The translations under genes and the position numbers were made by a program. Positions 1-10,049 of a stretch of DNA of 49,811 nt are shown in pieces. The notes beneath the pieces are model-generated. The model was not told the origin of the DNA and made no database searches. It worked only from the letters and a program-made list of their open reading frames with translations. This DNA is from a virus (lineage: Duplodnaviria; Heunggongvirae; Uroviricota; Caudoviricetes), in IMG/VR virus record IMGVR_UViG_2579779084_000010, one strand, 5' to 3'. Numbering within the stretch: position 1 is the stretch's first letter; each line of letters begins with the position of its first letter.

Positions 1-257
1 GAGGAACAATCAGGATAAAATCATTTAAATTCATATTAATACAAAGGCATAAAATCTCGTTTTATGCCTTTTTTCTCACGCGTTAAAGCGTTATTCGCTA
101 ATGTATAAAAAACCAGTCATACTAATAAAATCAGTCACTTATAAACCTGTGTACTTTTTCGCCTCTTGTTCGTGGTTGTTCCACGTTGTTTCACATTGTT
201 CGCCGTTGTATCTGTGTGCTTATCCAGTATGCGCATACTGAAAAAACACGAAAAAAA

Positions 258-1508
258 TTATTTTCTTCTGGCTACTGGTAGCGTGGTTACGTTTTCATGT
301 GCTCCCGCCAGTATCCCTAACCGCTCCGTCCACATATCCAGCGCATTGCGTTTCGCATCCAGATAACGGGAGTGATTATAGACTCGTTGCATCCCTGGCA
401 TCTGGTGTCCTGTAAGCTGCTCCACGACGTGAGGATCCACGCCTAAATCGTTCAGCATCGTTGTAAAGGTGCGCCGGATGTCATGCAATGACCAGTGAGG
501 GTGTTTAAGCCTCCTGTGCACCAATCTGCCGTACTGCGATACGCTGGTTTCCTGTTTCACTTCCCCCAGCAATAAGCCCGTGTGCCTGTTCTGCTCCACC
601 AGCTGCGTGACGAACGGCAGTATCGCTTCCGGTATGGGCCGGAATATGGCTACCTTCGTTTTGCTGTGCTCCTTCGGAACAGTCCAGAGCATTTCGGTAA
701 AATCCCACTCGCCGATCTCCGATAACCTCAGTTCTACTGTCCGGCATCCGAAAACAATCAGGAGGCGGATTAGTGCGACGTAGTAAGGGGAAAATATTTT
801 TTTGTCCAGTGCCTGCAATAATTCGCCCAGTTCTTTATTGCTTAAGACACGTTCGCTTATATCCGGTTTTTTCCCAACGTCAGCCACACTCATATCATCA
901 AGAACGTTGCTGATTGCATAGCGCCGCTTCCGGCAGAACTTAAGCGCCTGTTTGCATGTCTGTAGCAGGAACCCTGCGGAAACAGGGGCTTGCTTTGCCA
1001 CCCGATCAAAACAGGCCAGCCAGTGCCGTAGCTCGCATTTATCCAGCGGCATAGAGCCAATGTGCTGTATTACGTGATTATTTAGCCGCTTTTTCAGTGG
1101 GTCATAATCCACACGGTTTTCCTTTGCGTACGACTCAAGCCAGTAGGTGAGCGCATCGCCAACCGTTACCGGCTTTAACGCTTCCTGTACGGTGTAATTC
1201 ATCTCATGACGTGGATTTTTCCCCTCAGCCAGCCATGCGCGACACTGGGCGGCTTTTTCCCTGGCTGATTTCAGGCTCAGATCAGGATAATTTCCCAGCT
1301 TAATGCGTTCCGGTGGTGCCCCCCTTCCCGTTCCGGCCCTGTAAGTGAAATACCAGGTTAAAAGGCCGCTGGTTGAATGCCTGACGCTCAGGTTTCCACC
1401 GTCATTAAGAAAGGCTGTTTTTTGGGCGGGTGTGCCGTTGATTTTCCTCAGCTGTGTATCGCTCAGTTTGTTAAGTGCTCTGCTCATAATTTTGATTCCG
1501 GTCATCAC
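258..1508 (-). CDS. int: Tyrosine site-specific recombinase (phage-type integrase)
   Basis: 416 aa ORF; C-terminal region has the R..HxxR..Y catalytic pattern of tyrosine recombinases (HDIRRTFTT ... GHQMPGMQRVYNHSRY); N-terminal arm-binding-like region. Family assigned from motifs, not from a search. Confidence 0.85.
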   Translation of the reverse strand: MMTGIKIMSRALNKLSDTQLRKINGTPAQKTAFLNDGGNLSVRHSTSGLLTWYFTYRAGTGRGAPPERIKLGNYPDLSLKSAREKAAQCRAWLAEGKNPRHEMNYTVQEALKPVTVGDALTYWLESYAKENRVDYDPLKKRLNNHVIQHIGSMPLDKCELRHWLACFDRVAKQAPVSAGFLLQTCKQALKFCRKRRYAISNVLDDMSVADVGKKPDISERVLSNKELGELLQALDKKIFSPYYVALIRLLIVFGCRTVELRLSEIGEWDFTEMLWTVPKEHSKTKVAIFRPIPEAILPFVTQLVEQNRHTGLLLGEVKQETSVSQYGRLVHRRLKHPHWSLHDIRRTFTTMLNDLGVDPHVVEQLTGHQMPGMQRVYNHSRYLDAKRNALDMWTERLGILAGAHENVTTLPVARRK

Positions 1509-1735
1509 AATTAACTACACCATTAACTACACCGATCGTTGCACAAAGGGCTACAACGTGAAACAAGCTGGAACAAGGAAAATCACAAATCTGTTTATAA
1601 TCAGAAACATAATGAACAATCTGAAACATTATGAATCGGCAAAAAACACTAATTGATAAAATATGTCCATACTTCACGCATTACGTTAAGCATCCGTTAT
1701 AATCGGTTGCAGATACCAGCCTGTGGATGCTTAAC

Positions 1736-2857
1736 ATGGAATACCAACTCACTCTTAACTGGCCCGATTTTCTTGAACGTCACTGGCAGAAACGCCCGGT
1801 GGTGTTAAAACGCGGCTTTAATAATTTTATTGACCCGATCTCTCCAGACGAGTTGGCGGGTCTGGCGATGGAAAGCGAAGTCGACAGTCGACTGGTCAGT
1901 CACCAGGATGGCAAATGGCAGGTCAGCCACGGTCCGTTCGAAAGCTACGATCATCTCGGTGAAACTAACTGGTCATTGTTAGTGCAAGCAGTGAACCACT
2001 GGCATGAGCCGACCGCCGCGCTGATGCGACCGTTCCGTGAACTACCGGACTGGCGTATTGATGATCTGATGATCTCTTTTTCTGTACCTGGCGGCGGCGT
2101 CGGCCCGCATCTCGATCAGTACGACGTGTTTATCATTCAGGGTACCGGACGTCGTCGCTGGCGAGTGGGCGAAAAACTGCAAATGAAACAGCACTGCCCA
2201 CATCCAGATCTGTTACAGGTCGAGCCGTTCGAAGCCATCATCGATGAAGAGCTGGAGCCTGGTGATATTCTTTATATTCCGCCAGGATTCCCGCATGAAG
2301 GCTACGCTCTGGAAAATGCGATGAACTATTCCGTGGGTTTTCGCGCGCCAAATACGCGGGAATTGATTAGTGGATTTGCCGATTATGTGCTGCAACGTGA
2401 ACTGGGCGGCAACTACTACAGCGATCCTGATGTTCCACCTCGCGCTCATCCTGCGGATGTTCTGCCGCAAGAGATGGATAAACTGCGTGAGATGATGCTC
2501 GAATTGATTAACCAGCCGGAACACTTTAAGCAATGGTTTGGGGAGTTTATATCTCAGTCACGTCATGAACTGGATATCGCGCCGCCAGAGCCGCCTTATC
2601 AGCCGGATGAAATCTACGATGCGCTGAAACAAGGTGATGTGCTGGTGCGCCTGGGTGGTCTGCGCGTATTGCGCATTGGCGACGACGTGTATGCCAATGG
2701 TGAGAAGATCGATTCCCCGCACCGTCCGGCACTGGATGCACTCGCCAGCAACATTGCGCTGACTGCGGAGAATTTTGGCGATGCGCTGGAAGATCCGTCA
2801 TTCCTCGCGATGCTCGCGGCGCTGGTCAATAGCGGGTATTGGTTCTTCGAAGGGTAA
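1736..2857 (+). CDS. roxA: Ribosomal protein uL16 arginine hydroxylase (cupin/JmjC-type 2-oxoglutarate oxygenase), YcfD/RoxA
   Basis: Translation from the internal Met (MEYQLTLNWPDFLERHWQKRPVVLKRGF...) is recognised as E. coli YcfD; the ORF-track start 1727 is 3 codons upstream. Confidence 0.9.
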   Translation: MEYQLTLNWPDFLERHWQKRPVVLKRGFNNFIDPISPDELAGLAMESEVDSRLVSHQDGKWQVSHGPFESYDHLGETNWSLLVQAVNHWHEPTAALMRPFRELPDWRIDDLMISFSVPGGGVGPHLDQYDVFIIQGTGRRRWRVGEKLQMKQHCPHPDLLQVEPFEAIIDEELEPGDILYIPPGFPHEGYALENAMNYSVGFRAPNTRELISGFADYVLQRELGGNYYSDPDVPPRAHPADVLPQEMDKLREMMLELINQPEHFKQWFGEFISQSRHELDIAPPEPPYQPDEIYDALKQGDVLVRLGGLRVLRIGDDVYANGEKIDSPHRPALDALASNIALTAENFGDALEDPSFLAMLAALVNSGYWFFEG

Positions 2858-2867
2858 GTTTGGATTT

Positions 2868-2940
2868 AAGCCGGATGTGGCGCTGATTGCGCCTTATCGT
2901 GCCTACATGCACTGAACGCCTGTAGGCACGATAAGTATGT
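2868..2940. repeat. REP-like extragenic palindromic element between convergent roxA and pepT
   Basis: GCCGGATGTGGCGC...GCGCCTTATCGTGCCTAC and inverted partner GTAGGCACGATAAG resemble the enterobacterial REP consensus. Confidence 0.5.
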
Positions 2941-3002
2941 GGACCAGTGTCAATATAACGGTTTCATCCCGGTAATTGGCAGTCCACATACGCATCGGGC
3001 AA

Positions 3003-4232
3003 TTACGACTTCCGTTGCGCCGTTAACTCGGCAATACGGACGATCACCTGCACCGCTTTTTCCATACCTTCCAGAGTCACAAACTCATGCTTACCATGAT
3101 AGTTGTAACCGCCAGTGAACAGGTTCGGGCACGGTAATCCCATAAACGACAACTGCGCGCCGTCGGTACCACCGCGGATCGGTTTCAGTTCCGGTTCAAT
3201 ATCGCAGTCACGCATCGCCTGCTGGGCGATATCGAGAATATGCGGATGCTCAACCACTTTCTCGCGCATATTGTAGTAACTGTCTTCAATCGCCAATTCA
3301 ATGTAGCAATCAGGATGTAACCCTTTGCCCACTTTTTTGGCGATCTCCATCATTTTACGTTTACGCGCTTCAAACTGTTTACGGTCGAAATCACGGATGA
3401 TGTAGTGCATATCGGCCCGTTCAACGGTGCCTTTCATGCTCGCCAGGTGATAGAAACCTTCATAGCCTTCTGTCATTTCCGGGCTTTCATCCGCCGGAAC
3501 TTCCGCATGAATACGTGCCGCCAGCGACAGCGCATTTACCATCACTCCTTTCGCCGTGCCCGGATGAACATTGTTACCGACAATTTTGATATTGACCGAT
3601 GCGGCGTTGAAGTTTTCAAACTCCAGTTCGCCTACGCCACCACCATCAACAGTGTAAGCCCAGCGGGCATCGAAGGCATCAACATCAAAATGTTTCGCCC
3701 CTTTGCCCACTTCTTCATCCGGGGTAAAGGCGACGCGAATATCACCATGCGGAATGTTTTTCTGTTGCAATACCGCCAGCGCGGTCATGATTTCTGCAAT
3801 ACCTGCTTTGTCATCGGCACCTAACAAGGTTTTACCATCGGTGGTAATCAGCGTCTGACCCAGTAGCTGATGCAGCACCGGGAACATAACCGGTGATAAA
3901 ACTTCATCGCCGATACCCAGCGCAATATCGCCACCGCGATAGTTTTCAACAATTTGCGGATTCACATTTTTGCCGCTGCAATCCGGTGAGGTATCCACAT
4001 GAGAAATAAAGCCAATCGCCGGGATATCGCCAGGGACGTTAGCCGGTAACGTCGCCATCAAAGTGCCCTTCTCACTTAAGGTCACATTGATAAGCCCCAT
4101 CTCTTCGAGCTGCTCTTTCAGCAGATGCAATAACTTCCATTGGCCTTCCGTGCTGGGAACCTGTCTCACCCCTGCTTTTGATTGGGTATCCAGAGACACG
4201 TAGTTCAAAAATCGCTCAAGTAGTTTATCCAT
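3003..4232 (-). CDS. pepT: Peptidase T (tripeptide aminopeptidase, M20 family)
   Basis: Translation from internal Met [33 protein letters not shown]... is recognised as PepT; metal-binding HVDT and GADDKAG motifs present; convergent with roxA. Confidence 0.9.
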   Translation of the reverse strand: MDKLLERFLNYVSLDTQSKAGVRQVPSTEGQWKLLHLLKEQLEEMGLINVTLSEKGTLMATLPANVPGDIPAIGFISHVDTSPDCSGKNVNPQIVENYRGGDIALGIGDEVLSPVMFPVLHQLLGQTLITTDGKTLLGADDKAGIAEIMTALAVLQQKNIPHGDIRVAFTPDEEVGKGAKHFDVDAFDARWAYTVDGGGVGELEFENFNAASVNIKIVGNNVHPGTAKGVMVNALSLAARIHAEVPADESPEMTEGYEGFYHLASMKGTVERADMHYIIRDFDRKQFEARKRKMMEIAKKVGKGLHPDCYIELAIEDSYYNMREKVVEHPHILDIAQQAMRDCDIEPELKPIRGGTDGAQLSFMGLPCPNLFTGGYNYHGKHEFVTLEGMEKAVQVIVRIAELTAQRKS

Positions 4233-4481
4233 GTAGTCACCCTCACTTTTTGTGACAACATTATTAAGAAGCAAGAAAAGACAAATATTGCGTCAGGTCA
4301 CTTTTACCCCTGCAAGCGGGAATATTTATCAGCATTACCTTAATGAATATAAAGCTAAGCCAGTAATTCACAACAAAGATTGGCGATTCAAGCGGTTTGC
4401 CGTAGAATTACCGCCCTCATTAAGAGTCACCAAGGTGGTTAACCACAAACCCCGCATCGGTAAGCCATCCGTTGCGTTTAC

Positions 4482-5618
4482 ATGGGACAGAGTAAAAAAT
4501 TGAATAAACAACCGAGTTCGCTTTCACCGCTGGTGCAATTGGCGGGAATTCGCAAATGCTTTGATGGTAAAGAGGTCATTCCCCAGCTGGATCTGACTAT
4601 CAACAATGGCGAGTTCCTCACGCTGCTTGGCCCTTCTGGCTGCGGTAAAACAACCGTTCTTCGCCTGATTGCAGGTCTGGAAACTGTTGATTCCGGACGC
4701 ATCATGTTGGATAACGAGGACATCACCCACGTTCCGGCGGAAAACCGCTATGTGAACACTGTTTTCCAAAGCTACGCACTTTTCCCCCACATGACCGTGT
4801 TCGAAAATGTGGCCTTTGGGTTGCGCATGCAAAAAACCCCCGCTGCTGAAATTACGCCCCGCGTGATGGAAGCCCTGCGGATGGTGCAGCTGGAAACCTT
4901 CGCTCAACGCAAACCGCATCAGCTCTCTGGTGGTCAACAGCAACGCGTCGCCATTGCTCGCGCGGTGGTTAACAAGCCTCGTCTGTTGTTGCTGGATGAG
5001 TCGCTCTCAGCGCTGGATTACAAACTGCGTAAGCAAATGCAGAACGAGCTGAAAGCGTTACAGCGTAAGCTTGGCATTACATTCGTCTTCGTGACTCACG
5101 ATCAGGAAGAAGCACTCACCATGTCAGACAGGATTGTGGTGATGCGCGATGGTCGCATTGAGCAAGACGGCACGCCGCGTGAAATCTACGAAGAGCCGAA
5201 AAACCTGTTTGTTGCCGGGTTCATTGGCGAAATCAATATGTTTAACGCCACTGTCATCGAACGTCTCGACGAGCAGCGCGTACGCGCCAACGTTGAAGGC
5301 CGCGAATGTAATATCTACGTTAACTTCGCCGTTGAACCGGGGCAAAAACTGCATGTTCTGCTGCGCCCGGAAGACTTACGTGTTGAAGAGATTAACGACG
5401 ACAACCACGCTGAAGGGCTGATTGGTTACGTTCGCGAGCGTAACTACAAAGGCATGACGCTGGAGTCGGTTGTTGAACTGGAAAATGGCAAGATGGTGAT
5501 GGTCAGCGAATTCTTTAATGAAGACGATCCTGACTTTGACCACTCTCTCGACCAAAAAATGGCCATTAATTGGGTAGAAAGCTGGGAGGTCGTACTGGCT
5601 GATGAAGAACACAAGTAA
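4482..5618 (+). CDS. potA: Spermidine/putrescine ABC transporter ATP-binding protein PotA
   Basis: 378 aa; Walker [13 protein letters not shown] signature LSGGQQQR, Walker B LLLLDE; C-terminal TOBE-like regulatory domain. Confidence 0.9.
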
Positions 5619-6465
5619 GTTCCAGAATGTAGTGATTGTCACTATTGTCGGTTGGCTTGTGTTGTTTGTCTTTCTGCCCAACCTGATGATCATTGGCACC
5701 AGCTTTTTGACCCGCGACGACGCCAGTTTCGTCAAAATGGTCTTTACGCTGGATAACTACACGCGTCTGCTCGATCCGCTCTATTTTGAAGTGCTATTGC
5801 ACTCGCTGAATATGGCGCTGATCGCCACTCTCGCCTGCCTGGTGCTGGGCTACCCGTTTGCCTGGTTTCTGGCGAAGCTGCCACACAAGGTGCGTCCGCT
5901 GCTGCTGTTTCTGCTGATTGTTCCCTTCTGGACCAACTCACTGATTCGCATCTACGGGCTGAAAATTTTCCTCAGCACCAAAGGCTATCTCAACGAGTTT
6001 TTGCTCTGGCTGGGCGTTATCGACACACCAATCCGTATCATGTTCACGCCCAGTGCGGTGATTATCGGTCTGGTTTACATTCTGCTACCGTTTATGGTGA
6101 TGCCGCTGTACTCCAGTATCGAAAAACTGGATAAGCCGTTGCTTGAGGCGGCGCGCGATCTCGGTGCCAGCAAGTTACAGACTTTTATCCGCATCATTAT
6201 TCCACTGACGATGCCGGGGATTATTGCCGGATGTCTGCTGGTGATGCTGCCAGCGATGGGCCTGTTCTATGTGTCCGACCTGATGGGCGGTGCGAAAAAC
6301 CTGCTGATCGGTAACGTCATCAAGGTACAGTTCCTCAATATTCGTGACTGGCCGTTTGGTGCAGCCACCAGCATTACGCTGACTATCGTAATGGGCCTGA
6401 TGTTGCTGGTTTACTGGCGCGCTTCTCGTCTGCTGAATAAGAAGGTGAGCGAATTAGATGATTAA
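5602..6465 (+). CDS. potB: Spermidine/putrescine ABC transporter permease PotB (C-terminus may be reshaped by the prophage junction)
   Basis: Polytopic membrane protein with ABC permease EAA-like motif (EAARDLGAS); start overlaps the potA stop. No potC follows; prophage DNA begins directly downstream. The true start may be a downstream Met. Confidence 0.85.
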
Positions 6466-6696
6466 TCCTTTATATTCAATGCATTAAGTTTGTTTTTGAG
6501 TGGTTTTGCCGTTTAAGGTAACGGCGTTATAGATCCTATCAAAATCAATCAATTCCGTTCTGGTTTTGGAGAAAGATTTTTCGAGAGCTTCGGTCTTTAA
6601 CTAAAACTGATTGCGTATAATCCCAATCCCCCTCCCCGACTATCTGAATGGTCGGGGAGGCACTTCAAGCACAAAATATCATCCCTGCGCCGTTGA

Positions 6697-6963
6697 TTAC
6701 TCTGCAGGTGAGGTCGGCCACTCAATATCAGGTGCAGTTGATGTATCAACACGATTCAACAATACCCGATATTTATTCCATGCCTCCAGCAACGAGCTTT
6801 CTTCCTCCGTTGCGATTTCCAGATCTACAGCATCCTGCAGTGGCGCAATATACTCACTGAATTCCTGGGTGTAGAACTGTGTGGTGACGGTCTTCCAGCC
6901 ATTCGGCTCCTGCTGTATCGAAGCATACCAGGCTATTTCAATATCGCTATGCTGCGGCAGCAT
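6697..6963 (-). pseudogene. Truncated tail fibre assembly (Tfa) C-terminal fragment
   Basis: 88 aa ORF whose sequence (…[44 protein letters not shown]) parallels the C-terminal half of the intact Tfa at 9474-10049; DNA is roughly 85-90% identical over about 150 bp by eye. Confidence 0.6.
6700..6870. repeat. Direct repeat copy A (tfa 3-prime region)
   Basis: Near-identical to 9485-9655 by eye, for example GGTGCAGTTGATGTATCAACACG versus GTGCAGTTGACGTATCAACACGG and TTTCTTCCTCCGTTGC in both. Confidence 0.6.
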
Positions 6964-7019
6964 TTAACCCCTTGTAATTCATCGCCATAATTGATTTAAT
7001 TCACAAATAAAACTATAAC

Positions 7020-7688
7020 ATGGTGAAATCAATGAAAAAAAACACAGATGATGGGGCTAAAATTTACACACCACTTACCCTAAAGCTTTATGACTGGTGG
7101 GTTTTGGGAGTATCAAATCGGCTTGCATGGGGATGTCCTACAAAGGAACACCTTCTTCCACACTTTCTGGAACATGTAGGTAACAACCATCTGGATATTG
7201 GTGTTGGAACTGGGTTTTACCTTACTCACGTACCTGAGAGTAGTCTGATATCTTTAATGGATTTGAACGAAGCTAGCCTGAACGCGGCATCTACAAGGGC
7301 TGGGGAATCAAAAATTAAACATAAAATTAGCCATGATGTTTTTGAACCTTATCCCGCGGCGTTACATGGTCAATTTGATTCCATTTCCATGTTTTACCTT
7401 CTTCACTGCCTGCCTGGAAATATATCTACAAAAAGCTGTGTAATACGCAATGCGGCGCAGGCCTTAACTGACGATGGAACTCTATACGGAGCCACAATTC
7501 TTGGCGATGGAGTTGTGCACAATAGCTTCGGTCAAAAACTGATGCGCATTTACAATCAGAAAGGCATCTTTTCAAACACAAAAGATTCCGAAGAAGGCTT
7601 AACACATATACTCTCAGAGCATTTCGAGAATGTTAAAACCAAGGTTCAAGGTACTGTAGTAATGTTTTCCGCTTCAAGAAAAAAATAG
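7020..7688 (+). CDS. Class I SAM-dependent methyltransferase (small-molecule/RNA type, not an obvious DNA MTase)
   Basis: 222 aa; glycine-rich SAM-binding motif I LDIGVGTGFY followed by an acidic residue motif (LMDLNE). No DPPY or PCQ DNA-methyltransferase motifs seen. Confidence 0.6.
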   Translation: MVKSMKKNTDDGAKIYTPLTLKLYDWWVLGVSNRLAWGCPTKEHLLPHFLEHVGNNHLDIGVGTGFYLTHVPESSLISLMDLNEASLNAASTRAGESKIKHKISHDVFEPYPAALHGQFDSISMFYLLHCLPGNISTKSCVIRNAAQALTDDGTLYGATILGDGVVHNSFGQKLMRIYNQKGIFSNTKDSEEGLTHILSEHFENVKTKVQGTVVMFSASRKK

Positions 7689-8053
7689 CATCCAACCGCA
7701 GCACGTTCTTGCTTAAGACGTGTCTGCGGTTTTTCAACTATTCAGATACATCACTCCCATCACATTCATTCCTCCGCATCATAGGCATATAGGCTATATC
7801 ACCTTGATATTTTTCTTCTTCAGATAAAAACTGTTATCTATGTATACTTTTAAACCCAATCCGTGTAGAGTCTCTGCATAAGATAGTTTGCAGTTGCCAC
7901 TTCAGCTTGCGCCATAAACCGCCTGATTTTTGCTGCCACCTGTTAGCATTCCTGTATACCTGAAACGACAATGTTTATCTACGAACTTTAAGAACCCCCA
8001 GGATAAAAATTGTCAACTATATCATATATAACACATTACTAATTCGAGGCTAT

Positions 8054-8167
8054 ATGAACAGCATACTGATAATCACTTCGCTCCTTATCATATTCAGCAT
8101 TTTTAGTCATGCGCTAATAAAATTAGGGATTGGCATATCCAATAACCCAGACAAAACCGATGTATAA
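8054..8167 (+). CDS. Small hydrophobic peptide (37 aa, single predicted TM helix)
   Basis: ATG preceded by GAGG about 6 nt upstream; [39 protein letters not shown]-rich island; shorter than the ORF-track cutoff. Confidence 0.25.
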
Positions 8168-8202
8168 GTCAACATATCCTGAATCAGACATACAATATCG
8201 CA

Positions 8203-8469
8203 ATGAAAATCAATAATATTTTAAGGAATATCTTCATGAAATCAAAAGACACCCTAAAGTGGTTCCCTGCGCAGCTTCCTGAAGTAAGAATTATCCTAGG
8301 GGATGCTGTAGTGGAAGTAGCAAAACAGGGAAGACCTATCAATACCAGAACATTGCTTGATTACATTGAAGGAAACATAAAGAAAAAATCATGGCTGGAT
8401 AACAAAGAATTATTACAAACAGCGATATCAGTTCTTAAAGACAACCAAAATTTAAATGGTAAAATGTAA
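8203..8469 (+). CDS. Hypothetical protein in AT-rich island (start may be the internal Met MKSKDTL)
   Basis: 88 aa ORF, lysine-rich, no recognisable motif; GC content of the surrounding 7.7-8.8 kb is clearly below the rest of the window. Confidence 0.3.
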   Translation: MKINNILRNIFMKSKDTLKWFPAQLPEVRIILGDAVVEVAKQGRPINTRTLLDYIEGNIKKKSWLDNKELLQTAISVLKDNQNLNGKM

Positions 8470-8785
8470 TATAATAAACTTACTTTTTTATCATTTTTCC
8501 ACTTTAACAACATTTTGCTCCACTTTTCCACGACCAAACAACTTGAAATCTGGTTAAAATAACACGCAACACTATTCTTCTTCCTTGAGTCCGCCCGGAA
8601 CTCGAAAAACAAACCGAGTTAAAGCCATTTTTCACAAAATCGATTTTGGGTCTCACCAAAATTACGGGGTTGCATACGCATTCGTTTATTTTCGAACGTG
8701 TACATACAAATATGCACAAAAATAATCATAATTATTTTCTGAGATGCATTATGATATGAACACCAATTTCGTATAGAGTCTCACT

Positions 8786-9376
8786 ATGTCTCAAATTTTT
8801 GCTTACTGTCGGATATCAACGCTGGATCAGACCACCGAAAATCAACGCCGGGAAATCGAAAGTGCAGGTTTTAAAATCAAACCTCAGCAAATAATCGAAG
8901 AACACATTAGCGGCTCAGCAGCAACCAGTGAGCGTCCTGGTTTTAACCGGTTGCTTGCTCGCCTGAAATGTGGTGATCAATTGATTGTGACAAAACTGGA
9001 TCGCCTTGGTTGTAATGCAATGGATATCAGGAAAACAGTGGAACAACTGACCGAAACAGGTATCAGAGTGCATTGCTTAGCATTGGGGGGCATTGACCTG
9101 ACCAGTCCAACAGGAAAAATGATGATGCAAGTAATTTCAGCAGTCGCTGAATTTGAACGAGACCTTTTACTTGAACGCACTCATTCCGGGATAGTAAGAG
9201 CCCGCGGCGCAGGGAAACGTTTTGGTCGACCACCTGTGTTAAATGAAGAACAGAAACAGGCGGTATTCGAACGAATTAAGTCAGGTGTAAGTATAAGTGC
9301 CATTGCCCGGGAATTCAAAACCTCGCGGCAAACCATTTTAAGAGCCAAAGCAAAACTTCAGACACCTGACATATAA
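8786..9376 (+). CDS. Serine recombinase of the resolvase/DNA-invertase family
   Basis: 196 aa; N-terminal catalytic serine context YCRISTLDQ, conserved RLGR-like motif ([10 protein letters not shown]), C-terminal HTH ([17 protein letters not shown]). Sits beside the tail fibre genes like Pin/Gin/Cin. Confidence 0.8.
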   Translation: MSQIFAYCRISTLDQTTENQRREIESAGFKIKPQQIIEEHISGSAATSERPGFNRLLARLKCGDQLIVTKLDRLGCNAMDIRKTVEQLTETGIRVHCLALGGIDLTSPTGKMMMQVISAVAEFERDLLLERTHSGIVRARGAGKRFGRPPVLNEEQKQAVFERIKSGVSISAIAREFKTSRQTILRAKAKLQTPDI

Positions 9377-9473
9377 AAAATAATCTCGGTGTGAGATGCT
9401 TTACGTCTTCCAAGCCCCCTTCCTTGCCGTAAATGGAAAGATACATCTAATTATAGAATTTATATGTTTTACC

Positions 9474-10049
9474 CTACGGCAGTGCTGGCCATTCAATATC
9501 CTGTGCAGTTGACGTATCAACACGGTTCAGCAATACCCGATACTTTTTCCATGCTTCCAGCAACGAGATTTCTTCCTCCGTTGCAATTTCCAGATCTGCA
9601 GCATCCTGAAGCGGCGCAATATGCTCACTGGCTACCTGCATCAGGTTGTTTTTTGTTTCTTCCGCCTCCCGGATCCGGAACAGTTTTTCTGCTTCTGCAT
9701 CTTTCACCCAAGCTGTGCCGTTCCACTTCTGAAACTCCCCTTCCGGGGATAACCAGGTGACATGTTCCGGTAGCGGTCCGAGTTCAGAAATAAATAACGC
9801 GTCGCCGGAAGCCACGTCATAAACCGTTTTACCCCGATGATCTTCAACGAGATGCCACGATGCCTCATTACTGTTGAAAACGGCTACAAATCCTGCCGGA
9901 ATATCTGGCGGTGCAATATCGGTACTGTTTGCAGGCAGACCTGTATGAGGTGGAATATATGCGTCACCTTCACCAATAAATTCATTAGTTCCGGCCAGCA
10001 GATTATAAATTTTTATGGTCCGTGGTTGTTCACTCATTCTGAATGCCAT
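9474..10049 (-). CDS. tfa: Tail fibre assembly protein (Tfa)
   Basis: 191 aa directly downstream of the side tail fibre gene; the stf stop region overlaps the tfa start; sequence typical of lambdoid Tfa chaperones. Confidence 0.8.
   Translation of the reverse strand: MAFRMSEQPRTIKIYNLLAGTNEFIGEGDAYIPPHTGLPANSTDIAPPDIPAGFVAVFNSNEASWHLVEDHRGKTVYDVASGDALFISELGPLPEHVTWLSPEGEFQKWNGTAWVKDAEAEKLFRIREAEETKNNLMQVASEHIAPLQDAADLEIATEEEISLLEAWKKYRVLLNRVDTSTAQDIEWPALP
9485..9655. repeat. Direct repeat copy B (tfa 3-prime region)
   Basis: Partner of 6700-6870; the two copies flank the methyltransferase / AT-rich island / invertase segment. Confidence 0.6.

Noticed and set aside
4524-4943. ORFs antisense to or nested in host genes (for example 4524-4943 and 4478-4726 in potA, 2213-2533 and 2547-2801 in roxA, 3405-3824 in pepT)
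   Set aside because: They overlap confidently identified conserved host genes on the opposite strand or in another frame and show no independent coding features.
7020-7688. Possibility that the methyltransferase is half of a restriction-modification system
   Set aside because: Motifs are those of small-molecule/RNA class I MTases; no DNA MTase target-recognition or DPPY/PCQ motifs and no adjacent nuclease-like ORF were seen.
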